DNA of 64,000 nucleotides from Macrostomum lignano. Taxonomy: Eukaryota. Within the stretch, counting starts at the first letter, position 1, and each line of letters starts with the position of its first letter. A program made the position numbers and the translations under genes. The notes under the pieces were generated by a model, which made no database searches, had not been told where the DNA came from, and saw only the letters and a program-made list of their open reading frames with translations. The stretch covers positions 10,726-74,725 of the forward strand of contig NIVC01003221.1 in the NCBI GenBank assembly GCA_002269645.1. The letters are read 5' to 3'. Positions 26,860 through 38,799 of this stretch are shown piece after piece.

Positions 26860-27780
26860 CTCCCATCTCCCATCTCCAATCTCGAATCTCGAATCTCCCA
26901 TTCCCCATCTCCCGTCTTCCATCTCTCATCTCCCATCTCACATCCCCATCTCCCATCTCCTATCTCGAATCTCCCATTCCCCATCTCCCGTCTTCCATCC
27001 CTCATCTCCCATCTCACATCCCCATCTCCAATCTCCTATCTCGAATCTCCCATTCCCCATCTCCCGTCTTCCATCTCTCATCTCCCATCTCACATCGCCA
27101 TCTCCCATCTCCTATCTCGAATCTCCCATTCTCCATCTCCCGTCTTCCATCTCTCATCTCCCAACTCACATCCCCATCTCCAATCTCCTATCTCGAATCT
27201 CTTATCTGCCATCTTCCATCTCACATCTCCCATCTCCCATCTCCCATCTCCCATCTCCCATCTCCCATCTCCCGTCTTCCATCTCTCATCTCCCATCTCA
27301 CATCCCCATCTCCAATCTCCTATCTCGAATCTCTTATCTGCCATCTTCCATCTCACATCTCCCATCTCCCATCTCCCATCTCCCATCTCCCATCTTCCAT
27401 CTTTCATCTTTCATTTTCCATCTTCCATCTCCCATCTCCCATCTCCCATCTTCCATCTTTCATCTTTCATTTTCCATCTTCCATCTCCCATCTCCCATCT
27501 CCCATCTCCCATCTCCAATCTTCATCTCCGATCTCCTATCTCGAATCTCCCATCGCTCATCTTCCATCTCCCGTCTTCCATCTCTTAGCTCTCATCTCAA
27601 ATCTCACATCTCCTATCTCGAATCTACCATTCCCCATCTCCCATTTCCCGAATCTCGTTTTCCATCTCTCATCTCCCATCTCCTATCTCCTATCTCGCAT
27701 CCCCATTTCCCATCTCCAATCTCGAATCTACCATTCCCCATATCCAATCTTCCATCTCCCATCTCCCATCTCTAATCTGC
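26860..27780. repeat. Polypyrimidine (CCCATCT)n-based tract with recurrent TCTCGAATCT marker
   Basis: Visible. Confidence 0.9.
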
Positions 27781-29591
27781 ACTGTCTCATCCACCGGCCG
27801 GTTTTTTCACTGACCATCTGCTATTAGAATATTTTAGATTATAATGAATCATATTAGTAAAAATGTCCTATACATGTAGCAATGGTGTTCGAGCTGAACT
27901 AAAATAGTCCGAGTTTGTTGCCATGTGCACTCAGGTAAAATTCTAATTTGGGTCAAATTTTACACTAGAAAGAATTTGGCCTGGTTCAAGCAATCCATTA
28001 TTTGAGTATTTAAACTTCACTGGTTCAATGAGACGAAAATGATTTCATTAATGAGATTGGCTTAAAACATAATAAGCTTTCTGATTCTTTTTTGCCTTGC
28101 ATCAACACCTTCAGTGCAGGAGCATATCATATTTGCTAAGTCTCACGGATAATTCAAATTTGGTTGCACAATATTCATTGGAATTCAGCCCAAAATATGG
28201 TTTGGGTTTTAGCACCGACCCCACACTGGTGCACCATGCAGTTCCACCTCACTGGGGAGTGAGACCAACAATGACAATGCAGTCCTTCCTCAATCTAAAT
28301 CCTTTTTAATTCCCCGTGTTTCGTTCGAGGCCATTGTAAAGGCGTGTCGAGGTTAAGGTGCGAAAAGTCAGCCGATCAAATGTTTACTTATTTCACTTGT
28401 ATAGACAAACTGTGTAGTGTTATTCATTTTCAACACTGCCAGTCCTTGACTCGTTGACTTTTTTAGTTGAGCCAAGTAAATAATATTGAGGTCCGAAGTT
28501 TGCTTAACTTTCTAATCGCCTTTATAGTTTTAGCTGGCCCCAGTAATAATATTTTTACTAAGGCTTTGCAGATGTTTGACAAAGTCAATAATCATGTGCA
28601 CCAAAATCGAACTGAACAGACTGCATACGTGTAGAAATATTCGCGTAACCATATTTTAGCCGCAACGAGTAAATAGACACAGCTGGGCACTTGAAAGATC
28701 AAGAAGAGAGCAAGAGTAAAGCGTCGAGCACCATTGGCATTATTATAGTAAAAATACATATTATATAGTCTACAGACAACGTGAATATGTATTTATAGAG
28801 TAATCCTTATTGGCTTATAAAGATTATGTGACTTTGTCAGTTTTAGGTGCAGTAAACATTAGCTGTGCTACGAAGTCTCGTAGATAATACAGGTCTTGTT
28901 CATTCAAGTTTAAATTTAGAGCTCTCCTATTGGCTAGGCGGTCTTAGCCAATAAGAATCGTTCCATCCCTATCCTTTTGCCGGGACAGAGGGGTAGAGGC
29001 AAGCCAACCACCCCAAAACCGCCGCACGCAGCCAGTAGGAATAGAAAATTATAGGAGTGCGGTGAAGTACCGGGGATTTAAAGCAAGAAAGAAAGCTAGT
29101 TAAGCAAGTAATCAAGAAATTGAGTTCCTCGAACAGGCAGACTACTATTATTTCATATGGCGCATCACAGTTCCGATTGCAGTGTGGACAAAATTTCCGG
29201 TGAGTGTATTTAAGTCTAAAATCATAATACATTATTAGTGCAACTGTTTTATTATTTATTATGCCGATTGATTGACTATGCTGAAGAAAGAAAGCCTTCT
29301 GTAGTATATAAAGGGGCCTGGACATAAGGTATCAGATTTCCTGCGCGTGTCAGCTCCTAGTCTGTCAGTTGTCGGGTCATAATATAGCTTAAGCTGCTTA
29401 ACTAAATGCATAATTCTAAATGTCCTTGCACAGGGTGGTACCAACTGTGCAGAATTGCATGCCAGTGCTGCGACACCAGAATTCATAGCGCATTTTTGTA
29501 GCTTCTTATATTTCTGGTAGTTTTTAAGTTTACTGCAGTGCTACTGGACTTTTATTGATTTTGCCGAAATGCAGTTCAGACTCAGAGGGTA

Positions 29592-29780
29592 GCGGCGGCC
29601 CAACCTAAAAAAAGGACCAGGTGGCGATGGTGTGGCGGCGGCCCAACTGAAAAGGACCAGATAAGGTACTCGTAGCGGCGGCCCAACTGAAAAGTACCAG
29701 ATAAAGTAGTGGCAAGGCGGCCCAACTGAAAAGTACCAGATAAAGTAGTGGCAAGGCGGCCCAACTGAAAAGGACCAGAT
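29592..29780. repeat. Five copies of 23-bp GCGGCCCAACTGAAAAG(G/T)ACCAG with 16-20 nt semi-variable linkers
   Basis: Copies start at 29595, 29638, 29678, 29717 and 29756. Confidence 0.85.
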
Positions 29781-30637
29781 GAGTCAGCGGAGGCCTAACC
29801 AAGAAAGAAAATAGGAAATTTCAGATGATACTCATTAATTTGGCGCTAGCTGCTATCGTGTAATTTTAGATACTGCTAATGTTAGCTTCAGCTTAGTGAT
29901 CGATTGATCAGTGTTCGATGCTTAAAAGTAAAATGACATACGCTTGAATATGCAATCTCATCTTCTTCCTATTTTATATTTCAAGTCGATTTAATTGGCA
30001 TTATTTATTACGCAAGTATCTTTATACCCCGAAAAAAACACACGTGACGTCACACATTCAGGCTGCTTGATTCATAATTTGGTGTCCACTTTCCGAGTCA
30101 TGCTTCATCGCGATCCTATCTAGAGTTTTTAAATCATTCGAAAGTGAAAGCTCTTCTTGTTTTTTTCTTGTAATTCTTCTTTCGCGCGACGAAATCTGAA
30201 ATCTGATTCAGCGACAGAAGAATAGGAGGGCCTAGCCCTATATACATATATTCGATTGAATTTAGATTATAAGATTGCGCAAGCCACACTATTCAGATAT
30301 ACAGACAGATATCCATCGCCAAATGATATAATTAGTTAGCCAATTATAATTACGCGCGACAATGTATATAAAGAACATTTAGAAGTGGCAATGCATGGCT
30401 GACTAGGACTAGGGGGCGATAATTATCTTATTCCTCCATTTCATCCTTATCGCTTTACTCGGCGTAAAATTTCTCTATACTAGCTGGCTAAAAAATCTGG
30501 ATTACCCTTCTCCAGCTATAAATTGACCAATTATCTTGTTTATAACAAAAGTACTCATCAGATAAACAATCGCTGAATATTTTATGTTTATTATTTAATT
30601 TTATTCTCGATTTTCTCTCAAAATTTCGCATTCCCAG

Positions 30638-33600
30638 AGCATCAACTAGCGCAGCAGATTCAGGAGGCAGCGGCGGCTGCAGCAGCTGATTCAGGATTTC
30701 CCAGTTCGCCAATGGATCTGAGTCAAAGCCGCCAGGGTGGCGCCCGATGCAGTTCAACCGACGAGGACGTTGAAATAGACGTCGAGGGAGATGGAGGAGA
30801 AGGAGAAGACGACTACGAAGCAAACAAAACCGCGAATTCAAGATGGTCTCAATCGCCATCATCGAAGCGTTCGAAGTTCGAATTCGACGATGACAATTCG
30901 GAGGAATCGGATAGCGCAGATCCGCTGGCCAGGTTCATGATCGTGTGCGACAGTGAGAAGGTCAAGTGGCGACAGCTAATCGATCGGCACAGGGGGCATC
31001 AGCCGCCGAATCGTTGCGGCGAGTGTCAAAGAGATTTCCGGTGTCGGAGCGCGCTGATGACGCACTACAGGACTCATACAGGTAAGACTCGGGGGGGGGG
31101 GTCAGACGGGACGGGTTAAAAAGTTTTTGGGATCGGAATCCTACCTCTAAAACATAAACTGTTGAAGTTACTACTGATAATTGGTTATCAGTAGTCTAAC
31201 GTCAATATATTGTCTTGACGTCAAAATAACGCACTGCCACTGAGTTTGCAATTGAGACGTAAACAATTTAATTTCAATTTAACAATTTAATCTGTTATAT
31301 TTCCAGCACTACCAAAGTTTCTCGTTTCCCTTCAGTTAATGTTGACCCAGACAGATTAACATTAAATTTACAGCATTATTGTACTTTGCGTGCGTATTTT
31401 GCAGGAAAAACAAAGCATATTAAGTATTCACAATGTGCCGCTTGTTATTTATTACTTTAGGGGCGCGAGACGAAACTTCTTAAACTAAGAAGTTTAATAG
31501 TAACTTATAATAGAATTAGTAAGTAATATTAATAATAACAGACCTCTAGTTAAACTTATACGCCGTATTGAAAAGAATTGGTTAAAATTCGTTGGTCGCG
31601 TTTCGTCAGTTCATTTCTCATTCCCGGGCCCATCCTCAACTCCTTATCAGTATCAGCGCCCAGACATTTTTATTACATCGACCGGGCCGGGGGGAGGATG
31701 GTGGGTGGGGGTTTAAAATTAAATTCAATTCAAACCACTAGCGGGCGCGCGCGGCGGGGGGTTTCCATCAGAAGCCGCCACCACCCCATTTCTCGTCCCC
31801 CTCCGGGTTAGGCTTTACGCCTACCAAAAACTCTCCTTTAAACTTGTGTGCAGATTCAAACTTTAAATTTTAATTACAATTAAGACGCGACTGTCCGTTA
31901 AACAACTGTGTAAGTTCTGCTTGCACTTAACCGCTATTAATAACAACTTAGCTTAGATTGTAAACAACTATTTTTGTTTTACTGTAAATTTTATGCTATA
32001 CTGCAAGACTAAAGATTAATAAACACATAGTTAAACTGGTTAATTATTAATGGCAAGAATAAAATCATAGAAATTGATTTTATTACAATGAATAACTACC
32101 GTCTCAAACTTTAAGGCTCACTCAATATGTACTTCTCAAGATAGCCAATAGGCGTGCTCGAATTTTTGTCATTTTCAGTTAGAATTTATTAAAGATAGTC
32201 GTATCATATCTGGCTACCGCTCGTGCCAGGCCGTGAAACTTAAAAATTTTCTTTGAACTGAGTAAAAAACAGTTACATTTGTTGAAACTTTGACCTTCAC
32301 TTGACTCGTAACTCTTTTGTGTTGATTTTTTTCAGTTCGAACTTATGAGGGTGTGGCACACTGACGCTCTCAGGGTTTTTTATTTGGCTTTAAGCTTAAT
32401 CATCAATTTGATAAGATAGTTAATTGTGCCAGTGCGTGCTGTCATGTTGTTAAAAAAGGCAGAAAAATGGAAATGACAAATTCGATATCAAACCGACTCT
32501 TAACTCTAATGCCATGCATATTCCTTCCATACCAGACGAGCGACCTTACCTGTGCTCCATCTGCCAGAAGAGCTTCGCCACCAAAGGCAATCTAAAGTCG
32601 CATCTGAACGTGCACCCTGAAGCTCAGCAGCTGCTGCAGCAGAAACTGCCCAACTCTGACTGTAGCAGCAGCTCAACCGCAGCTTGTACAATGGCTCCGA
32701 CCCCGAACCCCCCAGCTCAGGAGCCGCTGCAGCAGCCCAGTGCGCTGATCAGTAATTCTATGAAATCAACCACTAGCGGCTGCTTCTTTAGCAATGACGA
32801 TCGGCCAACTTGGATGCTGGATAAAATGGTGAGAGAGAATTTTATTGAACTCTCAAACCCGAAATATCACAAAACCAAACTGTCACAAACCCAAAATATC
32901 ACAAACCCAAAATATCACAAACCCAAAATATCACAAACCCAAAATATCACAAACCCAAAATATCACAAACCCAAAATATCACAAACCCAAACTGTCACAA
33001 ACTCGAAAATAACAAACCCGAAATATCATAAACCCAAAATATCAGAAATCCGAAATTCCACACCCGAAATGTCACAAACCCGAAATGTCACAAACCCGAA
33101 ATGTCACAAACCCGAAATTCCACAACCGAAATATCACAAACACAAAATATAACAAACCCAAGATATCACAAACCCGAAATTCCACAACCGAAATATCACA
33201 AACCCGTAGCATCACAAACCCGAAATTCCACACCCGAAATGTCACAAACCCGAAATTCCACAACCGAAATATCACAAACACAAAATATAACAAACCCGAA
33301 ATATCACAAACCCGAAATATCACAAACCCGAAATGTCACAAACCCGAAATATAACAAACCCGAAATATCACAAACCCGAAATATCACAAACCCGAAATAT
33401 CACAAACCCGAAATATCACAAACCGAAATATCACAAACACAAAAAATCACAACTCCGAAAGCACGTCTGATCATAAACCCATCATTATAGTAAAAAAGTG
33501 GTGCCCTATTGTCAAACATCAGAACGACACACTGAAATAGCCAGTTTTCACAGTATTAATCAATGCCACTTGAAAACTAACAAAAATAACGCCCAATCCA

Positions 33601-35280
33601 TATTTCCCATTTCCACAGGCATCCCAATTCCTCAAGCCGTTTCATCAGCCACCCCAGACGGAACCGCTCGAGCTGACAAAGTACAGCGCCGTTAGCAACA
33701 GCGGCGAAATTCTGCCGCTTCTGCCGCTTAGCACCCAGCAGCCCTCACGGCCACCAACTGCGGCAAACACGTGCGAATTGTGTGGCAAATCCTGCAGCTG
33801 TCGGAGCGCTTTAGAAATTCACATGCGAACGCATACGAAAGAGAAACCGTTCCACTGCGGCCAGTGCGGCAAGGGATTCAGCACCAAGGGCAATATGAAA
33901 CAGCACGAGCTGACGCACAGGTAAGTTCAAGTTTTATATTGGTTAAGAAGGCTTATAAATGAATAAAGGATTAGTGAATCTATAAAAATTAAATCTCTTT
34001 AGTTATTTTCAAATTTCTTTATCTTTAGGACTTAATGTTTATATGTCCCGGTAGAGGATTAAAGGACTTGGTAGAGGATTAATGGACCTGATAAAGGATT
34101 AGAGGACTTGGTTGAGAATTAGAGGGCCTGATAAAGGATTAGAGAACCTGGTTGAGGATTAGAGGACCTGACAAAGGAATAGATGACCTGACAAAGGATT
34201 AGTGGACCTGAAAAAGGATTAGAGGACCTGAAAAAGGATTAGAGGACCTGGTAGAGGATCGGAGTAGACGACCTGGTAGAGGATCGGATTAGAGGACCTG
34301 GTAGAGGATCGGAGTAGAGGACCTGGTAGAGGATCGGAGTAGAGGACCTGGTAGAGGATCGGAGTAGAGGACCTGGTAGAGGATCGGAGTAGACGACCTG
34401 GTAGAGGATCGGAGTAGAAGACCTGGTAGAGGATTGGAGTAGAGGACCTGGTAGAGGATTGGAGTAGAGGACCTGGTAGAGGATTGGAGTAGAGGACCTA
34501 ATAAAGTCTTAAAGAACATGAGTTAAAGCTCGAAGACTTGTTGAGGACTCAACACACCTAAACGCTGTTCCCTAATTACATAAATAGGGGTTAACAAAGT
34601 CGTTTCAACTTCCATTCCCAATCAGCAGGCGCAATATGCGTCAGCCGGAGGATCCTAAGCCGACGCCGCCGCGGCCCACCACGCCGGTTCAACTGCCGTC
34701 GGCCAATCAAGCCATTGAGGAAGACGCTGCAGCAGCGACTACGTCGACACCGATGGCCGCGCCATCTCTGCAGCAGCAGCAGCAGCAGCAGCAGCCCATT
34801 AAACAGCGCAGTCGAGTTTGCGAGCACTGCAATAAAGAGTGCCCAACCCGTTCGGCCCTGGAGATTCACCGTCGTTCGCACACCGGCGAAAAACCGTACA
34901 GATGCCCCAGCTGTTCAAAGAGGTTTTCCACTCAAGGCAACATGCAGGCTCACATACGCCGGCACTGCCCGCAGAGCAAAGCCGAGGACAGCGTCTCTAA
35001 GGTGTCGCCAAAGCTGCAGCCAGTAGCGCAGCCTCCGCAACCGCTGGTGGACTTCATCGGAGCTCCACCGTTATTGCCGGCGACGCAGTTTCCGCTGCCA
35101 ATTCTGCCGCAGCCAAATCACCAGCTCATGCTGTACTCGATGGCCGCGGCATTAGCGCCGCTGCCGCCGCCAGCATTCAATCAGCCGTTTGCCTACAACA
35201 ATTTCGTGCTCGACAATGGATTGTCCTCGGCGTTTCGACCCGTGCTAGCGTTCGATTCGGCCAATCAGAATCAGATTTGA
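30638..35280 (+). CDS. SALL: Spalt-like (SALL) C2H2 zinc-finger transcription factor, three double-finger clusters; >=538 aa from ATG 30712
   Basis: Exons 30638-31081, 32536-32828, 33619-33920, 34629-35280, GT-AG and phase-consistent. Finger pairs with SAL-box: [34 protein letters not shown]; [34 protein letters not shown]; [34 protein letters not shown]. Confidence 0.9.
32855..33460. repeat. 16-bp minisatellite CACAAACCCGAAATAT, spalt intron 2
   Basis: Visible; begins about 25 nt after donor ATG|GTGAGA (32828). Confidence 0.92.
34045..34500. repeat. 25-bp minisatellite AGAGGACCTGGTAGAGGATCGGAGT, spalt intron 3
   Basis: Visible; degenerate 5' half, homogeneous 3' half. Confidence 0.92.
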
Positions 35281-38200
35281 AACTGGCCGGTTGCGCAGTT
35301 GAGGACTGAGAAGCATTTAAGAGAAAGATTGATTTAAAAACATTTATTTTTAGGTCTTCAAGATTCTACTCTCAGTAGCATGCCCAGGTTTTTGCTCTGT
35401 AATATTTAGTAGTAATATTTCTATTTATAGTTTGATGTTCGGCTTCTACGCTCGTAGTATGGGAATCGATGCTTCCGTATTGCTTGTCTTTTTTCTCCCG
35501 CAATTGATGCATAGGAATTGTGGCAGTCCCAGTTTTTACCTATTTTACCTTTTAAAATGGTGCTATCTAGTAATTTTAGAGTTATATACAAGCATTATCT
35601 AGGGCTGATAGTAGTGTATTGTGCGTTATACGTGTCCAAGCGCCCGTGTGGTTGCGGCAGCTCAAACTTTTTATCATTATTTTAATTTAACAGTCGGTTT
35701 CAGGGTTTTCATTTTGTTTCAGTATCTGATATTCTCTGTCTGCTAGTTTGTTTGCATTGCTAGAAAATTTGTCTTGCTCATTTTTTATGATTTAATTTAC
35801 GCTCGCATTCTGTTGTCAAAGGGACTTTGATTTGTACTTGTAATTAATTAAAACCGCCATTTTCAGTTCATTTGCCACTTACTGATGCATGCGGTGTCAA
35901 TCTTACTTTTTCTATCTAGAATTAAAAAATGCATAAGACTTCTTGTTTCTCTTGCTCGCCCTTGTGTTAAAGTTTCATTGCACTGATACTCACTGTTAAC
36001 TTTTTATTGCACATGTTGATTCCTTTAACAAAAGATCTTTTTGTGCATCGTAGCTCGCAAGAAAATTAATTCCCATTCCCGTCGAATATACCACTACTAA
36101 CTTGGTATTTAGTTTACATATTTTCGCACGCTTCAAATAATAATGATGCTTGTAACTGTTTCGTTTCGTTTAAAAATATACAAAAAATTCTAAAGGTAGT
36201 GCGCTATGCCATCCTTGATAAAATAAACGATTCTCTTTTTTTGCTTTTGCTGCGCCCGAAACAGTGTTAGTCTGTTAAAGGTGCCGACGGCGTCGGGGTG
36301 ATGGCGAAATGCTTAAGACTCTGAGGATGTCCAGCAGTTGTTATTTGCCCACTGTCGAGTCTCGATCAGCGAAACTCGAGAAATTTGAAACAGCGTGTCT
36401 ATGCCAGTGGTGCCACCTGTGTAAGGTCCAGACTAGAAGCTCCGCCTGGGTAAAGGCCAGTGAACAACGAAGTCAGCTGATGCAGAGACATGTGGTCGAC
36501 GTGTCGATTAAATTGGAGGCTTGGCAATTGGGCTGCAACTGAGGCTCAAGTTCTGATTGGCGCACAGGGGTGCATTGAATACACTACTGGCGCTTATGGG
36601 AAAAATCCTGCGTTCTGGCAAAATTGTCGAATATCTCGACGGTCTGGAGGGCTGGCGACTTTTGGTTCTTGCTTGAAAAGGCGCGCAACAAAAAGTTAGT
36701 CACGTGCTCTTGAATTTCGTGTTGCCTCCATTGCTACGTTCCGGGCGAAAAAAAACGGAAAGGTATTCCTACTGTTAATACGAGGTCAAACCTTAGCGTC
36801 GCTGAAATAAAAATATGTACTTCTTCATCGCTCTCTTGTTGTGAACCCTCGCAAATGTGATGGAAGGGAGCTAGTAAACCGAGACTATAGAAACTTGACT
36901 TAGGAGATTTAGATTTCAGCCTACGGGATTTGGATAATTTAAGTTTATTAGTAAAAAATTCAATTAAGACACAATGAATAGTGAGCCTCAGAGTCGTGAA
37001 AGCGTTTGTCTGCTTGCTTGCATTAGCGGAAAACTGAATTAATTATCTAACAATACTTGACCTGTCGACCACAATGTTTCAATATCGTAAGAAAAAGGGA
37101 TCATATTAAAATGAACTGAAAATCAGTATACAGTAGTAACTAGCCAGATCCACACTTTTACTTCTTTAAATACTTGATTGTTGAAAACTTTCTGTTTTTT
37201 ATTTAATTAAAACTGTATAAAAGTTTTACTTGCTCTCGCATTATTTATTTTATCGTTTCTGAGAAACAAATTTTTGTGAATACATTTTTGAATTAAAAAT
37301 TCTTGCGACGAAATTTTTAAAGCTCAATGATGTTGAAATTAAACTTTGAGATTCTAACCCTGTAACTTTATTATCTGGCTACTTTCAAAGAACCTGACAC
37401 TATAAAACAATAATAGAAGTCTAGATATCTATTATCTTAGAATAATAGAAGACAAGGCCAAAGTAATACTTTATTCATGTTTTAGCCTGTACAAAATTTG
37501 TTTCTTTTTTCAATCTTTATTATTTTACTTTTTAAATTACTACACAGTTAGACTTTTACTAAGCTAAAATTTTTGTATTGCTTCAACTTTTTGCAATATT
37601 ATTAATATTATTCTCATTGATTATAGAACTATTGTTTATTTATAGCAATGCTTTTTATGAAAGGCTTTATGCTATCTATTTGAAATTTGTCCTTATACTA
37701 TCATTATGAAAAAAATGTTTGCAAAAATCTTTTATCTGCCTAATTATGTCTAGACTAACAATTGATGAGGCTTTGAATTAAGCCACAAACCATATTTTGA
37801 ATAAATATAAGCCTATTTGACATTCTATTTTATATTGTATATGATAATTCATTTTTTAGTCTATGTTTTTAATTTTATTATATTATTTTAATCTTCTAGA
37901 AGGAAAGTTTAATAGGGCATATAAATTATAATAATAAATAATTGAACTATTAATAATAATACATTGGTTATTTTGTTATATAGTATTTAAAAAATAATAA
38001 AATTAAATTAAACTCTAAAGACATTGTTTTAGAATTGAATCAAAAAGGGTATGTCTCATTTTTTTTATTAATTTTAATTTTTATAAATTTTATAGCATAT
38101 TTCTCTTTTTCTAATATTCTTTTTATTAATTATATTTTTTATTCTTTCATTATTGAAGTTTATCAATATTTTGTTATGTTAAATATAGTAATATATTAAA

Positions 38201-38343
38201 ATATAGTATTATATTTTTATATTCTACAACTTTAAAATCTTGTTTATAACATTAATATTATATCTAATAGAGCAAAGCAATTTTTTTAATAATATATTTT
38301 TACCTAGTCTTTTTTCTTAATTCTAAACCATATAATGTGGTAT

Positions 38344-38610
38344 TGAAGCGGGCAGTAGCTACTGCGTGCAGACTTGAAATTGTATTTGTGGAGAGCAAAA
38401 GGTTCTTATAAGCGTCTGCGCACAATCAGGTTAAATAGGCCAACGCGCTAGTTAGTCAATCAACCCCAACCCCCACGTAGCTCAGGCTGGGTGGGCAAAC
38501 CCCTACCCCTAATCTCCGGGGTTGGTGGCGCATAGACGCGGCATGATGAGCAGGGAGCGCGAGGGCATCTAAACGGCCATCTTCAGGTGTGCTTGCACTT
38601 GTCCGCCACA
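38344..38610 (-). repeat. 3' LTR (left), 267 bp
   Basis: Differs from the right LTR at 9 positions by manual alignment; polyA signal reads AATACA (38381-38386) instead of AATAAA. Confidence 0.97.
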
Positions 38611-38613
38611 CGG

Positions 38614-38622
38614 CTCCCCCCC
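38614..38622 (-). other. Polypurine tract GGGGGGGAG
   Basis: Just upstream of the 3' LTR on the element strand. Confidence 0.8.
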
Positions 38623-38799
38623 AGTGGTGGCCTCCAGTACTCGACAGCAACGGCGGTGTGGCTGGCGGCGCCGCGGCGGGCGGCGGCGCAGTGGTTGGGC
38701 CATCGTGGCGCCTGGGATGGTAGGCTCGCGCGGTGGGTGCCCCCTTGGCCGAATTTTAGGCATCGAAACTGGGCCGCTGGCTGGCCGCTGGCTGGGCCG

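Noticed and set aside
29592-29780. CRISPR-like repeat/spacer pattern
   Set aside because: Spacers are only 16-20 nt, mutually similar and partly identical; there are no cas genes and the context is eukaryotic.
36250-36700. ORFs 36309..36542 and 36490..36699 as a gene
   Set aside because: Short, with no recognizable domain or consistent splice chain; more likely promoter or UTR sequence.
37755-37775. LTIDEAL resembling a piggyBac transposase motif in the AT-rich block
   Set aside because: The following residues do not match, the frame is riddled with stops, and no TIR or TTAA TSD was seen.
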